The notes under the pieces are model-generated. The model saw only the letters and a list, made by a program, of their open reading frames with translations, was not told the origin of the DNA and did not search any database. A program made the position numbers and the translations under genes. From NCBI GenBank assembly GCA_963793865.1, contig CAWCBP010000008.1:128001-192000 (forward strand): a stretch of 64,000 bases of DNA, written 5' to 3'. The DNA is from an uncultured delta proteobacterium. GTDB lineage: Bacteria; Desulfobacterota; WTBG01. Positions 32,778-44,702 of this stretch are shown here, piece by piece (position 1 is the stretch's first letter; each line of letters starts with the position of its first letter).

Positions 32778-33500
32778 CTATCCGGTGAAGGCGTCAATGC
32801 GCTTAATAAGCCTGACCAGATTTTGGGTGAGCGTTTGGGCGATGATTTTGCCCTTGGGGGCGCTTGCCGGGGCCGGGTTTCCCCACACCGCGTTCTTCCA
32901 GTATTTTCTCTTGTTCGTGGTCAGGATGGGGTGGGGAAAGCAGGGATATTCCTCTTTGCCCCTTCCCCTGACCAGGTGCGGGGAGAAGTGGAGCATGAGC
33001 GAGGTTTCAATCTCGCCGGCGTGGGAATCGTCCTCGGTTTCGCAGACCCCTCCCGCCGCCTCCCGCGCCATGTCGTACGCGGATATGACGGCGATGGTAA
33101 CCCGCGGCCCCATTTCCCCGAGCAGCGACTCGCCGGCCTCCTCCAGTGCGGAGAGGTGGAGCGAGCTGGCGTGGCCGGAGATGATGGCGAACTTTCTCAA
33201 GCCGTTGGCGTAGAGGCCCTTCACCACGTCCCTGACACACAGCCGCAGCGTGTCGGGTGCAATGCCGACCGTGCCCGGGTGCCTGCTGGTGCTCCGGCAG
33301 ACGCCATAGGGGAGCGGGGGGGCGACAAAGACGGGCATGGAACGTGCCACCCCCTTTGCTATCTCGTAGACTTCGGTGGTGTCGGTGCCCAGGGGCAGAT
33401 GGGGCCCGTGCGCTTCGAGGGAGCCGAAGGGGATGATCACCGTCCGGTGTTTTTTTATCTGCTGCTCGAACTCCTTCATGCTCATTTCTTCGAGAATCAT
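32778..33500 (-). CDS. Creatininase-family amidohydrolase
   Basis: GSLEAHGPHLPLGTD, SGH and HAGEIETS motifs. Confidence 0.9.
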   Translation of the reverse strand: MILEEMSMKEFEQQIKKHRTVIIPFGSLEAHGPHLPLGTDTTEVYEIAKGVARSMPVFVAPPLPYGVCRSTSRHPGTVGIAPDTLRLCVRDVVKGLYANGLRKFAIISGHASSLHLSALEEAGESLLGEMGPRVTIAVISAYDMAREAAGGVCETEDDSHAGEIETSLMLHFSPHLVRGRGKEEYPCFPHPILTTNKRKYWKNAVWGNPAPASAPKGKIIAQTLTQNLVRLIKRIDAFTG

Positions 33501-33508
33501 GAAGACTC

Positions 33509-33668
33509 CTAACGGGTTATTGAAAAGTAGTTTTTCTCAGGCTGTTCAAAAACATTCAGATGCAAGGCACGCGAAATCCTGAGGAATGAGGCGTACTTTT
33601 ATGTACGTCGCAATGACAAAGGATGAGCGTGTAACGCAGGGGATGGGTGTTTTTCAACAGCCTGTTAG
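33509..33668. mobile_element. ~160-bp MITE
   Basis: Close reverse complement of 48137-48296, with the same terminal IR family. Confidence 0.8.
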
Positions 33669-33771
33669 TTCTGGACAATCGCTGCCGCTTCCACTATGAT
33701 TTTTTGCAGCGTTCTCATGACAAACCCTCCTCCGCGCCCGACCGATCGGGCTGTCGCGCGCCGGTTCCATC

Positions 33772-34635
33772 ATGATAGATTTGCATATTCATACCACAGC
33801 CAGCTCGGATGGTCAACACACACCTCAGCAGATTTTCGACATGGCCGGTGCCGCGGGCCTACGCGCCATTGCCTTTGCCGACCACAATTCCGTGGGGAGC
33901 ATTGCGGCGGGCATCTCCCTGGCGGAACGCACCGGCATTGAGTTCATACCCTGCCTTGAATTCAACACCATCCACCGGGAGATGGACCTGCATATATTAG
34001 CCTACTTCATTGATTATACGAGCCAGCGGCTCACGTTGTGGCTTAAGGAAATCCACCAAGAAAAGAAGAGACAGGCAGGGATGCGGGTCAGGAAATTGAA
34101 TGAGCTGGGATTTGTCTTCACCACGCAGGACGTGGAAAAATTCGCCGCGGGCCGCGAGCCCACGGGCATCTCCTATCTCAAGGCCATCATCAGCCGGGAG
34201 GAAAACCGGGGGGATGTGCGGATTCAGCGCTTCATCGACGGCGACCGTTCGGATTCGCCGTATCTCAATTTTTACCGTGACTATTTGCGCGGGGGAAAAC
34301 CGGCGTTTGTGCCTCTGCAGTCGGTTGACACCTTTGCAGTGATGCGCGGGATAAAGGAGCTGGGGGGCATTCCCGTTCTTGCCCATCCCTCGGACACCGG
34401 AGAGGAGGTCATAATAGCTCTGGTCGAAGGGGGTCTGTCAGGCCTGGAGGTGTTTTCCAGCTACCACACCGCGGAAGAGGAGGAACATTTTCTCGCCATC
34501 GCCAGGGAGCATGACCTGGTGGTTACCGCCGGCTCCGATTTTCACGGCGCCGCGGTAAAGCCCAACGTTTCCCTCGGCGACGTCAGGGGCAACAGCTACG
34601 AGCTGGTTGAAAAGCTGAAACGTGCCAGGCCCTGA
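33772..34635 (+). CDS. PHP-domain phosphoesterase (TrpH-like)
   Basis: DLHIHTTASSDG, ADHN, LAHP and GSDFHG motifs. Confidence 0.9.
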   Translation: MIDLHIHTTASSDGQHTPQQIFDMAGAAGLRAIAFADHNSVGSIAAGISLAERTGIEFIPCLEFNTIHREMDLHILAYFIDYTSQRLTLWLKEIHQEKKRQAGMRVRKLNELGFVFTTQDVEKFAAGREPTGISYLKAIISREENRGDVRIQRFIDGDRSDSPYLNFYRDYLRGGKPAFVPLQSVDTFAVMRGIKELGGIPVLAHPSDTGEEVIIALVEGGLSGLEVFSSYHTAEEEEHFLAIAREHDLVVTAGSDFHGAAVKPNVSLGDVRGNSYELVEKLKRARP

Positions 34636-34643
34636 TATGGAAA

Positions 34644-34964
34644 CTAGAGGCCGCTTCCCTGCGGGGCATCGCCCGGCGCCGGGGGAGTTGTGCCGTCCTT
34701 GGGTTTTATCTGGCCGTCCTTGGTGCGAAGGTCTTTTTTAAGCCGCTTCACCTCCCTTTTAAGGGAAAACCTGTCCAGCAGGTTCACCAGGCTGCCCAGG
34801 ATAACGCCGGCCAGAAACGATGCGAGGATCAGGAGCGAGACGGGCACCGGTCTCAGCTGCAGATTTAAGAAGCTGAGCTGGATGCTCTGGACGTTTGACA
34901 GCGCGAAAATAACAAAGAACAGGGTGGCGGTGACAAAAAAGACGGTGTTGAAAAATTTTCTCAT
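34644..34964 (-). CDS. LapA/DUF1049-family small membrane protein
   Basis: Two TM segments with FALSN..V/I.L.F followed by a basic coiled tail. Confidence 0.75.
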   Translation of the reverse strand: MRKFFNTVFFVTATLFFVIFALSNVQSIQLSFLNLQLRPVPVSLLILASFLAGVILGSLVNLLDRFSLKREVKRLKKDLRTKDGQIKPKDGTTPPAPGDAPQGSGL

Positions 34965-35026
34965 AGTGGGCTCCCCCTATAACCAGGCTGCATTATGTGG
35001 ATGTAATCGTCTTCGTTGAGAATCGG

Positions 35027-35163
35027 GATACACGATGCATGATGCATGATACATGATGCAGGAAAACATCTTCTAACGTGTAACCTGCAACTTGTAGCAT
35101 CCACCTTGATGCTGGATGCTGGATTCCGGGTACTGAATTCTGAATACTGAATTCTGGGTACGG
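35027..35163. repeat. Three tracts of degenerate tandem heptamers
   Basis: 5 x GATRCAN (35027-35061); TAACGTG-TAACCTG-CAACTTG; GATGCTG/AATWCTG units (35108-35163). Confidence 0.8.
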
Positions 35164-35180
35164 ACTTCTCGTTCCGGCCC

Positions 35181-36479
35181 CTATTCTTCACGCAACTGTG
35201 TGCCCGGTTCCCTTGTTTCCCCGCCCTCGGACGGCGCTTTTAGCCGATCCACGGTAATGCCTACCTCGCCGATCGACCGTTCATCGGAACTCAAAATGGT
35301 AAAGGTCAGGGTGCCGTATTTCAAGACCTCCCCCGGCTGTGGTATGTGACCGAGCCGGTCCAGGAGAAATCCCCCCACGGTTTCAAAGTCTCCTTCCGGA
35401 AGGGTAATTGCAAACATCTCCTCCAGCTGTCCTTTTTCCATGCGCGAGCGTATGATGTACTTGTTCCTGCCTGCTTTCCGGCAAAACGGCTGCTCGGCAT
35501 CATATTCATCCTGGATTTCGCCCACGATTTCTTCAAGGATGTCTTCGATGGTTATGATGCCGACGGTGCCGCCATATTCGTCCACAACGATGGAGAGGTG
35601 GTTTCTCTTTTTCTGCATTTCGATCAGCAGGCCGTCAAGGGGCTTGGTTTCGGGCACATAGGGCGCGCGGCGTATGAGGGGGCGGATGGACCCGTCCAGC
35701 GGCAGGGATTCCAAGAGGTCAAAGCTGTTGATGATGCCGATGAGATTATCGGTGCGTTCGTGATAGACCGGAATGCGGGAATACCCTTTCGCCTCAAGAA
35801 AGGCTATCGCCTCCCCGACGGAGGCGGTGTCTTCAATGGTGGCTATGTCGATGAGCGGAATCATGGCCTCTTTGACCACAGTGCGCGAAAAATCGAACAG
35901 GCGCTCGATCATGGTCACCTCTTCAGCGGTTAAATCGCTGCCGCCCTTGCTCATTTTGACAATCAGCCGCAGCTCCTCCCGGGTCACGAAAGGAATGTGG
36001 GGCGATTTGCGCGCGCCGGTTATGTAAATGACGAAATTGCTTATCTTGGTCACCAGAAAAACCAGGGGGTAAAAGAGGCAGGAGGCAAGCCAGATGGGAT
36101 AAGAGACCACGGGTGCGATGGCATTGGCGTACTGCTGAAAAAGGATCTTGGGGATGATCTCGCCGAAGATGAGCAGGATGGGGGAGAGCACCAGCACCGC
36201 ATACAGTTCACCATGATCCGGGAAGAGGGTGAGGAAGAACGATGTCAGCAGGGTGGCGTTGGTTACCACCGAAAGGTTGGTTCCGAACAGGGTCGTGGCC
36301 AGCATGCGCTCCCGGTTTTGCAGCAGCTTCAGCGTCAGGCCGGTGCGGCCCGGCCGGCTGCCCGGTGATTTTTTAATTTTTTTCGGGCTGGCCGCCAGCA
36401 AGGCAATCTCGGAGCCGGAAAAAAATATTTCGGCAGCGAGGCACACGGCACAGATGGTGAGATAAAAAATGGTGTCCAT
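35181..36479 (-). CDS. CNNM/CorC hemolysin-family protein (DUF21, CBS pair, CorC_HlyC)
   Basis: [27 protein letters not shown] and [11 protein letters not shown] motifs. Confidence 0.93.
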   Translation of the reverse strand: MDTIFYLTICAVCLAAEIFFSGSEIALLAASPKKIKKSPGSRPGRTGLTLKLLQNRERMLATTLFGTNLSVVTNATLLTSFFLTLFPDHGELYAVLVLSPILLIFGEIIPKILFQQYANAIAPVVSYPIWLASCLFYPLVFLVTKISNFVIYITGARKSPHIPFVTREELRLIVKMSKGGSDLTAEEVTMIERLFDFSRTVVKEAMIPLIDIATIEDTASVGEAIAFLEAKGYSRIPVYHERTDNLIGIINSFDLLESLPLDGSIRPLIRRAPYVPETKPLDGLLIEMQKKRNHLSIVVDEYGGTVGIITIEDILEEIVGEIQDEYDAEQPFCRKAGRNKYIIRSRMEKGQLEEMFAITLPEGDFETVGGFLLDRLGHIPQPGEVLKYGTLTFTILSSDERSIGEVGITVDRLKAPSEGGETREPGTQLREE

Positions 36480-36509
36480 AAGGGTTTTCTTTGTTACTCC
36501 CTGCGCCAG

Positions 36510-37511
36510 CTAATCGAATTCATCATATATCTCACCGAACAGTTCCTCGAGCATGTCCTCCATGGTGACCAGCCCTATGCATTGTCCGGAGCTGTCGGCA
36601 ACCAGGGCGAGATGTATTTTCCCCGCCTGAAATTCCTTGAGTAAAACCTGTATTCTTTTGTCGGGTGAGGTGAAGTAGGGGGGACGGATGATGTCCGCTG
36701 CCGTGGTAATGGTGCGATCGCCCTTGGCGGCCACGGTGGTGAGATCCTTGGCATTGAGTATCCCGATGAAGGCATTCTTCCTCTGGCTGTATACCGGCAC
36801 CCGGGAAAAGTGCTGATCTTTTACCCGGGCAATGACCTGGTCGAGGGGCAGATCGTCGGGCAGAATGAACATTTTTGAGCGGGGGGTCATGATGGAGGAA
36901 ACCACGGTGTCATTGAATTTAAGTATCTTGTGAATGAGCGCGTACTCTTCCTTTTTAAGAACCCCCTCCCGGTGTCCCGCGTCCACCAGGTCCTTGAACT
37001 CCTTTTCATAAAAGATGCTTTCACTTTTCCCCTGAGAAGCCCCCACCAGGTAGAGCACCGCATCCACCAGCTTTTTGAGAATCCAGCGCAGGGGGAAAAT
37101 GAGTCGCGCGAAAAAATCCACCGGTTTGGCGACCAGGGTGGCAACGATTTCGCTATGGGTAACGGCGATGGTTTTGGGGAGGACCTCACCAAAGAGAAAA
37201 ATGATCGGGGTCATGACCGCTATGGACATCCAATTGCCCTCAATGCCCGCCACCGAAATAAAGAGAGAAGCGGCAACCGCCGAAGCCGCTATGTTGATGA
37301 TGTCGTTTCCCGCTAGCAGGGAAATGATCAGCCGCCGCGGGTGCCGGAGCAGTTCATCGATCAGGGAAGCACGCGGGTGGCGAGATTCCTTGAGTTTGAA
37401 CAGCTTGATCGATCCCAGGGAAAAGAGGGCGGTTTCGGATCCCGAGAAGAATGCGGAAAAGCAGAGCAGAACGAAAATGAGGATGATTTTGAAGAGAACT
37501 GTGGGTTCCAA
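36510..37511 (-). CDS. CNNM/CorC hemolysin-family protein (DUF21 and CBS, no C-terminal domain)
   Basis: FFSGSETA, GEVLPK, SRVPVY and EDMLEELFGEI motifs; TTG start. Confidence 0.9.
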   Translation of the reverse strand: MEPTVLFKIILIFVLLCFSAFFSGSETALFSLGSIKLFKLKESRHPRASLIDELLRHPRRLIISLLAGNDIINIAASAVAASLFISVAGIEGNWMSIAVMTPIIFLFGEVLPKTIAVTHSEIVATLVAKPVDFFARLIFPLRWILKKLVDAVLYLVGASQGKSESIFYEKEFKDLVDAGHREGVLKKEEYALIHKILKFNDTVVSSIMTPRSKMFILPDDLPLDQVIARVKDQHFSRVPVYSQRKNAFIGILNAKDLTTVAAKGDRTITTAADIIRPPYFTSPDKRIQVLLKEFQAGKIHLALVADSSGQCIGLVTMEDMLEELFGEIYDEFD

Positions 37512-37579
37512 GTCGATTGGGTGCTGTGATGATAGTTGGGGGGTTCCGATTACCGAACCTGCCGAAATGAGATAGGTGT

Positions 37580-37608
37580 ATGATAGTGGGTTGGGGCTAA
37601 AAAGTCAA
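37580..37608 (-). promoter_or_regulatory. sigma70 promoter of the CNNM pair
   Basis: TTGACT-17-TATCAT on the minus strand. Confidence 0.6.
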
Positions 37609-37623
37609 TAAACTTAATGAAAA

Positions 37624-37744
37624 GATGCAGGATACATGATGCATGATACACGATGCAGAAAAAAAGCAAGATTCCTCACGTTCGTTCGGAATGACATTCT
37701 TCCCCGGTACCAAAATGTAGGGGCGACCGGCCGGTCGCCCCTAC
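37624..37744. repeat. Repeat cluster: heptamer tract, AATGAC half element and GTAG REP
   Basis: 5 x GATRCAN (37624-37658); AGATTCCTCACGTTCGTTCGGAATGAC; GTAGGGGCGACCGGCCGGTCGCCCCTAC (37717-37744). Confidence 0.8.
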
Positions 37745-37794
37745 ATTTTTTCGTGTTACCCACTGCTGGTTGATTGTGAAAACCTTTGTATGCC

Positions 37795-38172
37795 CTAACT
37801 CTTCCACAGGCCGTGCAGGTTGCAGTAGGCGCGCGCGGTGATAACATCACCCTCCACGTTAAAGGTTGCTTCAGGCTTTCCTCCGGGCTTTAAATAGGCG
37901 CGGTAAAGTTTATCCGCCGACGTGGATACGCCGATGACCTCAATGTAGTGCTTCTCCTCCATGGGGTGCGGCACCGAACCGACCGTTACCTTCACCGTGC
38001 TGTCCTGCTTGGTGACAACGGGAACATGCTTTTCCACCGATGCGTCGGTGGTGTTCGCCTTGAGCAGCACCATATCCGCTCCGCAGCATACAAGCTTTCC
38101 CGCCGCGCCGTGAATCACCCCGACTATGTTGCCACATACTTCGCATTTGTAGATATCATCTCTCTGTGCCAT
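37795..38172 (-). CDS. dfx: Desulfoferrodoxin (2Fe superoxide reductase)
   Basis: CEVCGN..CCG, EKHVP, HPM..HYI and CNLHGLW motifs. Confidence 0.95.
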   Translation of the reverse strand: MAQRDDIYKCEVCGNIVGVIHGAAGKLVCCGADMVLLKANTTDASVEKHVPVVTKQDSTVKVTVGSVPHPMEEKHYIEVIGVSTSADKLYRAYLKPGGKPEATFNVEGDVITARAYCNLHGLWKS

Positions 38173-38438
38173 CGTCGTTCCTCCTCCTTCATGTTTGGTT
38201 TATATATATTTCATGATTTGCATTGCGCAATATGTCTCCATCTTCATCATAGTAATAACTTTTTTAAGTGCGGGATGTCAAGTGCGAAGGCTGTTTTATG
38301 AATTGACGGTTGCAGGACGCTAATAGAGCTTGATTTTTGGGGAAATTACTCTATTGTTACCCGTGATGCCTGTTCCCGGTCAGCGGGTGACGGCGGACAG
38401 GACCAAAGCATTACCGGGAATGCGCACAAGGAGAACAA

Positions 38439-39935
38439 ATGAAAAAAAGGGGCAGCGGCATCTTACTGCCTATTACCTCATTACCTGCTCAGTACGGCAT
38501 CGGTGACCTGGGACCGGCCGCCTATGAGTTTGCCGATTTTCTGGCCGGGGCCCGGCAGCGGTACTGGCAGATCCTTCCGCTCAACCCCGTCGATCCCGCC
38601 TTCGGCAGCTCGCCCTACCACAGCATCTCCGCCTTCGCCGGCAACGTGTATCTCATCAGCCCGGATCGTCTGATTGAGGCGGGGCTGCTGACCCGGGACG
38701 ACCTTGATCCTCTTCCCGCATTTCCCGGTGACGCAGTGGACTATCACGCAGTGATTAAATATAAAAGCCGGCTCTTCCGAAAGGCCTACGGACGGTTCGT
38801 CCCGGGCGGCAACAAAGGCTATGAGCAGTTCTGCGACCGCCATAAACACTGGCTGGATGATTTTTCTCTCTTTGTCACCCTCAAGTCGCATTTCGGCGGC
38901 GGGGTGTGGAGCGAATGGCCTGCCGATCTGCGAGACCGGAATGCTTCCGCCATGCAGAAGGCGGCAAAACAGTTCGCTGACCAGACAGGGTACGAAAAAT
39001 TTTTGCAATACCTGTTTTTCACCCAGTGGGCTGACCTGAAGAGCCATTGCAACAAACGGGGGATATCTTTCTTCGGTGACATGCCCATTTACGTTGACTA
39101 TGACAGCGCTGATGTGTGGGAGTTTCCCGAAATGTTCAAGCTTGACGGGGCAAAGCGGCCGAGGGCGGTGGCAGGTGTTCCTCCCGACTATTTCAGCGAG
39201 ACCGGGCAGCGCTGGGGAAATCCCCTGTATCGGTGGGATGTGCTCAGGCAAAGCGGCTATGACTGGTGGATGCGCAGGATGGCCCACAACCTGGATCTCT
39301 TTGACATGGTGCGCATCGATCATTTTCGCGGTTTTGTCGGCTACTGGGAGATACCGGCGGACAAGAAAACCGCCATCGAGGGCACGTGGGTTGAGGCACC
39401 GGCTGAGGACTTTTTCAGCGTGCTTACCGCGCGTTTTCCGGAAGCTCCCATTGTTGCGGAGGACCTTGGCATAATCACCCCGGACGTAAAGGAGATGATG
39501 GACCGCTTCGCGTTTCCCGGCATGAAGGTGTTGCTCTTTGCCTTCGATGATGAACAGGGGGCCAATCCCTATCTTCCCCACAATCACGTGGAAAACTGCG
39601 TGCTCTACACCGGCACCCATGACAACAACACCGCCCGGGGGTGGTTTACCGGCGAGGCTTCGCCTGAAGTGAAAAGAAATTTATTCCGTTATCTGGGAAG
39701 GGAACCGGAGGCGGACACGGTCCACTGGGAGCTGATACGGTTGGCCATGATGTCGGTGGCGAAAACGGTGATCATACCCCTGCAGGACGTGCTGGGACTC
39801 GGGGAAGATGCGCGCATGAACCGGCCCTCGGTGACGAATGGGAACTGGAAATGGAGGGTATTGCCCGAGCAGCTTACACCGCGCATCGCAACGGTGCTGG
39901 CGGAAATGGCCACCATCTACGGGAGAACGAAGTGA
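38439..39935 (+). CDS. malQ: 4-alpha-glucanotransferase (GH77)
   Basis: GVPPDYFSETGQRWGNP, RIDHFRG, AEDLG and TGTHDN motifs. Confidence 0.96.
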   Translation: MKKRGSGILLPITSLPAQYGIGDLGPAAYEFADFLAGARQRYWQILPLNPVDPAFGSSPYHSISAFAGNVYLISPDRLIEAGLLTRDDLDPLPAFPGDAVDYHAVIKYKSRLFRKAYGRFVPGGNKGYEQFCDRHKHWLDDFSLFVTLKSHFGGGVWSEWPADLRDRNASAMQKAAKQFADQTGYEKFLQYLFFTQWADLKSHCNKRGISFFGDMPIYVDYDSADVWEFPEMFKLDGAKRPRAVAGVPPDYFSETGQRWGNPLYRWDVLRQSGYDWWMRRMAHNLDLFDMVRIDHFRGFVGYWEIPADKKTAIEGTWVEAPAEDFFSVLTARFPEAPIVAEDLGIITPDVKEMMDRFAFPGMKVLLFAFDDEQGANPYLPHNHVENCVLYTGTHDNNTARGWFTGEASPEVKRNLFRYLGREPEADTVHWELIRLAMMSVAKTVIIPLQDVLGLGEDARMNRPSVTNGNWKWRVLPEQLTPRIATVLAEMATIYGRTK

Positions 39936-39998
39936 GCGATGACGAGGGGTATAGCGGCTTATTAAAATGAAGCAAACTGCTCAGTTTTGTCCAAAAAC

Positions 39999-40123
39999 GA
40001 GATTCTTCGCGTTGCTCAGAATGACAAGCGAATGGCTCGCAATAACGAATTAATATAGTCATTGCGAGCGTTAGCGAAGCAATCCCATAAGATTGCCGCG
40101 TCGCTTACGCTCCTCGCAATGAC
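39999..40123. repeat. GTCATT..AATGAC palindromic elements between convergent genes
   Basis: GTCATTGCGAG..CGAAGCAATC..GATTGC..CTCGCAATGAC (40058-40123) plus a half element at 39999-40025. Confidence 0.75.
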
Positions 40124-40162
40124 TGTTTATTTTGTTGTTTACTATAGTTTTTACCAGGTTTG

Positions 40163-41620
40163 CTAATCGCCTGCGCCGCCGGCCGCCTTCGAACGGAAAT
40201 CCTCCTTGCGCAGCCCGAGGCGCCGCATTTTATCAAAGAGTGACCGCGGCTGGATGCCCGCCTTCTTGGCCGTTTTGCCCACCCTTCCGCTGTTCAGATG
40301 CAGCAGCCCCATCAGGTAGCTCCGTTCAAACCATTCCAGCATTTCCCTGCGAGCCTCATGCAGCGGCTTTTGCAGCCACACCTCGGGGAGATTTCCTCCC
40401 TCACGCGAGAAAGCCAGGGACATGGGGTGGGGCTGCGCCGGCTCATCGATGTTGCTGATGGCGGTGGGCAGGTCCTCCAGGGTGATCATGGTGCCGTTGC
40501 AGAGCAGCATGGCGCGCTCGATGACGTTGATCAGCTCGCGCACGTTGCCCGGCCACGCGTAGGCGCAGAGGGCGTCCAGCGCCTCCTGGGTGATGCTGTA
40601 TATCTCCCGGCCGATGCGTGGGCGGAGGTAGTGGATGTAGCTCTCCACCAGGACGGGTATGTCGTCGCACCGGTCCCGCAGGGGCGGGATCTTCAGCGCC
40701 ATGACGCTGAGACGGTAAAACAGGTCTTTTCGAAAGTACTGCGATTGCACTTCCTTATCCAGGTCGCGGTTGGTGGCGGCCATGACCCGCACGTCCACCT
40801 TGAACGATTTCTCGCTTCCCACCCGCTGTATTTCATGCTCCTGCAGCACGTGGAGCAGCTTCACCTGGAGCTGGTTGGGCAGCTCGCCGATTTCATCCAG
40901 AAAAATGGTCCCCCGGTGCGCCAGCTCGAACCATCCCCGCCGGGAGCGTATGGCCCCGGTGAAGGCGCCTTCCTCATGTCCGTAGAGCTCGCTTTCCAGA
41001 AGGGTTTCCGGCAGCGCGCCGCAATTGACGGTGATGAACGGGCCCTTGGACCGCGGGCCTTCCGCGTGGATGGCCCGCGCCAGCCGCTCCTTGCCGACCC
41101 CGGTTTCACCGAGAACGAGCAGCGGAACGTCGCTTGGCACCACACGCCGCACAATGTTCATGAAGGTCTGCATGGCGGGGCTGGTGGAAACGAAATCAGT
41201 AAGGCGGGGCTGGGCGAGAGGGCGCACGGCGGAGAGCGTCTTTTGCTGCAGCGCTGACCGCTTGGCAATGATGGCGGTGATGACTTTCTGCAGCCGCGCG
41301 TCGGATAAGCCAGCGTGCACCACTGCGTCGCAGCCTGCCGCGATAAACTGGGCCTGCTCTTCGGGATCCTTCCGGTCGGAGATGATGATGACCCCCGGGG
41401 CGTCAGGGAGCTGCTGGAAGAGGTTGATGGTATCAAAAACCGGTTCGGGTATGAAGGACTGGCTGATAATGATCAGGTCGCTGCTCTCGCGGGAGATGCG
41501 TTCCAGGAGATGGGATTTTTTGCTGACGGTTTCCACCATGACATCGTGCTGCGATATGAGCGAATGAAGACGGCGCTGCAGCTTCTTCGTGTCGGTGGCC
41601 AAGATGATCCTGGTTAACAT
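40163..41620 (-). CDS. sigma54-dependent enhancer-binding protein with an atypical receiver domain
   Basis: GETGVGKE, GAFTGA, LDEIGE and WPGNVREL motifs; C-terminal Fis-type HTH. Confidence 0.93.
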   Translation of the reverse strand: MLTRIILATDTKKLQRRLHSLISQHDVMVETVSKKSHLLERISRESSDLIIISQSFIPEPVFDTINLFQQLPDAPGVIIISDRKDPEEQAQFIAAGCDAVVHAGLSDARLQKVITAIIAKRSALQQKTLSAVRPLAQPRLTDFVSTSPAMQTFMNIVRRVVPSDVPLLVLGETGVGKERLARAIHAEGPRSKGPFITVNCGALPETLLESELYGHEEGAFTGAIRSRRGWFELAHRGTIFLDEIGELPNQLQVKLLHVLQEHEIQRVGSEKSFKVDVRVMAATNRDLDKEVQSQYFRKDLFYRLSVMALKIPPLRDRCDDIPVLVESYIHYLRPRIGREIYSITQEALDALCAYAWPGNVRELINVIERAMLLCNGTMITLEDLPTAISNIDEPAQPHPMSLAFSREGGNLPEVWLQKPLHEARREMLEWFERSYLMGLLHLNSGRVGKTAKKAGIQPRSLFDKMRRLGLRKEDFRSKAAGGAGD

Positions 41621-41787
41621 CGGTTTTCAGACCTCTTAAATTTATGATGCGGTCTTTATAGCTCCGGTTTTATCGGATGTCAAGGCTCTTATATTATTGC
41701 AAGCAGCTCATCAGCCACAATCCGCCGAAAAGATAAACCGGTACATTTTTCGCTACCTTGCCGCATATCCGCTCATCGTCGCCTGCA

Positions 41788-41804
41788 TTGGCACAATGGT
41801 TGCT
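41788..41804 (+). promoter_or_regulatory. sigma54 (-24/-12) promoter
   Basis: TTGGCAC-AATGG-TTGCT matches the TGGCAC-N5-TTGC consensus exactly; adjacent to a divergent bEBP gene. Confidence 0.8.
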
Positions 41805-41949
41805 CTCCTGTAATTGAGGTTTTAAGATTTGGAAAGGGCGAGTGGCCGTGTTTCAGGTGCCCCTTTCTGTGGATGCCTGACGTTGACAGGCAAGGGTTGC
41901 ATGAAGCCCTGTGAAGGGTAACTCCATATGTGAGGGGGAGAAAGCGAAC

Positions 41950-43563
<1,614 letters not shown>

Positions 43564-43680
43564 CGGTTCAGCGTGCAAGCAATCAGGCGTGCGGCCGATG
43601 CCGGGCAGGATAACGCGGGGGCGGGATGATCGGCAAGGCGGCGGGAAGTGCCGCGAGGTCATGCCGCCAGAGGACAGCAT

Positions 43681-43815
43681 ATGAAAAAGGTGAAGGACAG
43701 GAAGAAAAGAGACAAGGAAAAGAAGCCGGTCCAGGTCAAAGAGGATGGCAGGCTCGATAAGGCTAAAATATCCACCATACCCAGTTACACCCCCGGAGAA
43801 CTCCCGAAACGATAA
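43681..43815 (+). CDS. Possible 44-aa basic small protein
   Basis: GAGGA RBS; open frame MKKVKDRKKRDKEKKPVQVKEDGRLDKAKISTIPSYTPGELPKR. Confidence 0.35.
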   Translation: MKKVKDRKKRDKEKKPVQVKEDGRLDKAKISTIPSYTPGELPKR

Positions 43816-43864
43816 CGGGCGGTGATGAACCTGCCGCAGCTATGCGGCGTGGGGTGATAGCGAT

Positions 43865-44356
43865 ATGATAAGCAATCTTTTTAACCGCTTCGTGAACACC
43901 AAGGGCCTGCTTAAAGGGGACCCGGACCCGGGCAGAATGACAGCCATGTCCGGCGGGCATATCGCCAGCGCAACCTGTCCGGCGCCGCCCGCGAAATGGA
44001 CGGTTAGAAACAGGCTCAGGCAGTTTGTGGAATCGGGCAGGCATCTCATCTCGCTTAAGGGCAGCCGGTTAAGCGGCGAGAGTGAAACGCGGACGGAAGA
44101 GAGGCACATGACCTTCAGCCTTTACGCGCCGGAGGCGGGGTGCGTTTCGCTGGCCGGGGAGTTTAACGCGTGGAGCCCTGATGCTTGTCCCCTGGACAAA
44201 GCTCCCGGGGGGATGTGGGAGCGGGTGCTTGCGCTTCCTCCGGGACGGTATGAATATAAATTTATTGTCGACGGCCTGTGGCAGAACGATCCCGGCTGCA
44301 CGGTCTATGCCCCCAATCCCTTCGGGGGTGAGAATTCTGTGCTGATTGTGTCCTGA
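43865..44356 (+). CDS. Glycogen-binding (CBM48 / isoamylase early-set) domain protein; start uncertain
   Basis: VSLAGEFNAW..LPPGRYEYKFIVDGLWQNDP..NPFGGENS. Confidence 0.88.
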   Translation: MISNLFNRFVNTKGLLKGDPDPGRMTAMSGGHIASATCPAPPAKWTVRNRLRQFVESGRHLISLKGSRLSGESETRTEERHMTFSLYAPEAGCVSLAGEFNAWSPDACPLDKAPGGMWERVLALPPGRYEYKFIVDGLWQNDPGCTVYAPNPFGGENSVLIVS

Positions 44357-44445
44357 CCGGCAGTCCGGGCGCGACGGCATGCATAAGGCATGGTAATAAA
44401 CAGCAAGATTTTTCCTGCTGTTTTATTTTTTTATAAAGACAAGCC

Positions 44446-44496
44446 CCGCGGGAGCGCATTCATGCGCATTACATTCGCGGCTAAAGCCGCTCCTAC
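44446..44496. repeat. REP-like doublet (GTAGGAGCGGCTTTAGCCGCGAA type)
   Basis: TTCGCGGCTAAAGCCGCTCCTAC preceded by GCGGGAGCGCATTCATGCGC; related half copy near 57612. Confidence 0.6.
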
Positions 44497-44607
44497 CGGC
44501 CATACACAAATCTGAGAAAAATTTATCAGGAATATATCTGCAGAAATACGATGTGTTTTTTACTGCGTATCGAAACAGCAAACAGCCCTCGGCACGCATG
44601 TTTCCGT

Positions 44608-44636
44608 TTGACTTATACGCCTTCTTTCGTTACATT
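44608..44636 (+). promoter_or_regulatory. sigma70 promoter of ytxH-like gene and glgA
   Basis: TTGACT-17-TACATT. Confidence 0.55.
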
Positions 44637-44702
44637 CATACTGTCAGGCCGGATGTGTTTATTCGCTCTGTCAGGAGCATAACAGGGTTGAAGGGGGCAT
44701 AA

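Noticed and set aside
35027..35163. Tandem repeats or REP clusters as a CRISPR array
   Set aside because: No constant 23-47 bp repeat with unique spacers, and no cas genes
44589..44605. Additional sigma54-like sites (CGGCACGCATGTTTC at ~44590; TAGCACGACACTTTGC at ~63537)
   Set aside because: They lack the invariant GC or GG at the correct spacing, and a good sigma70 promoter lies just downstream of the first
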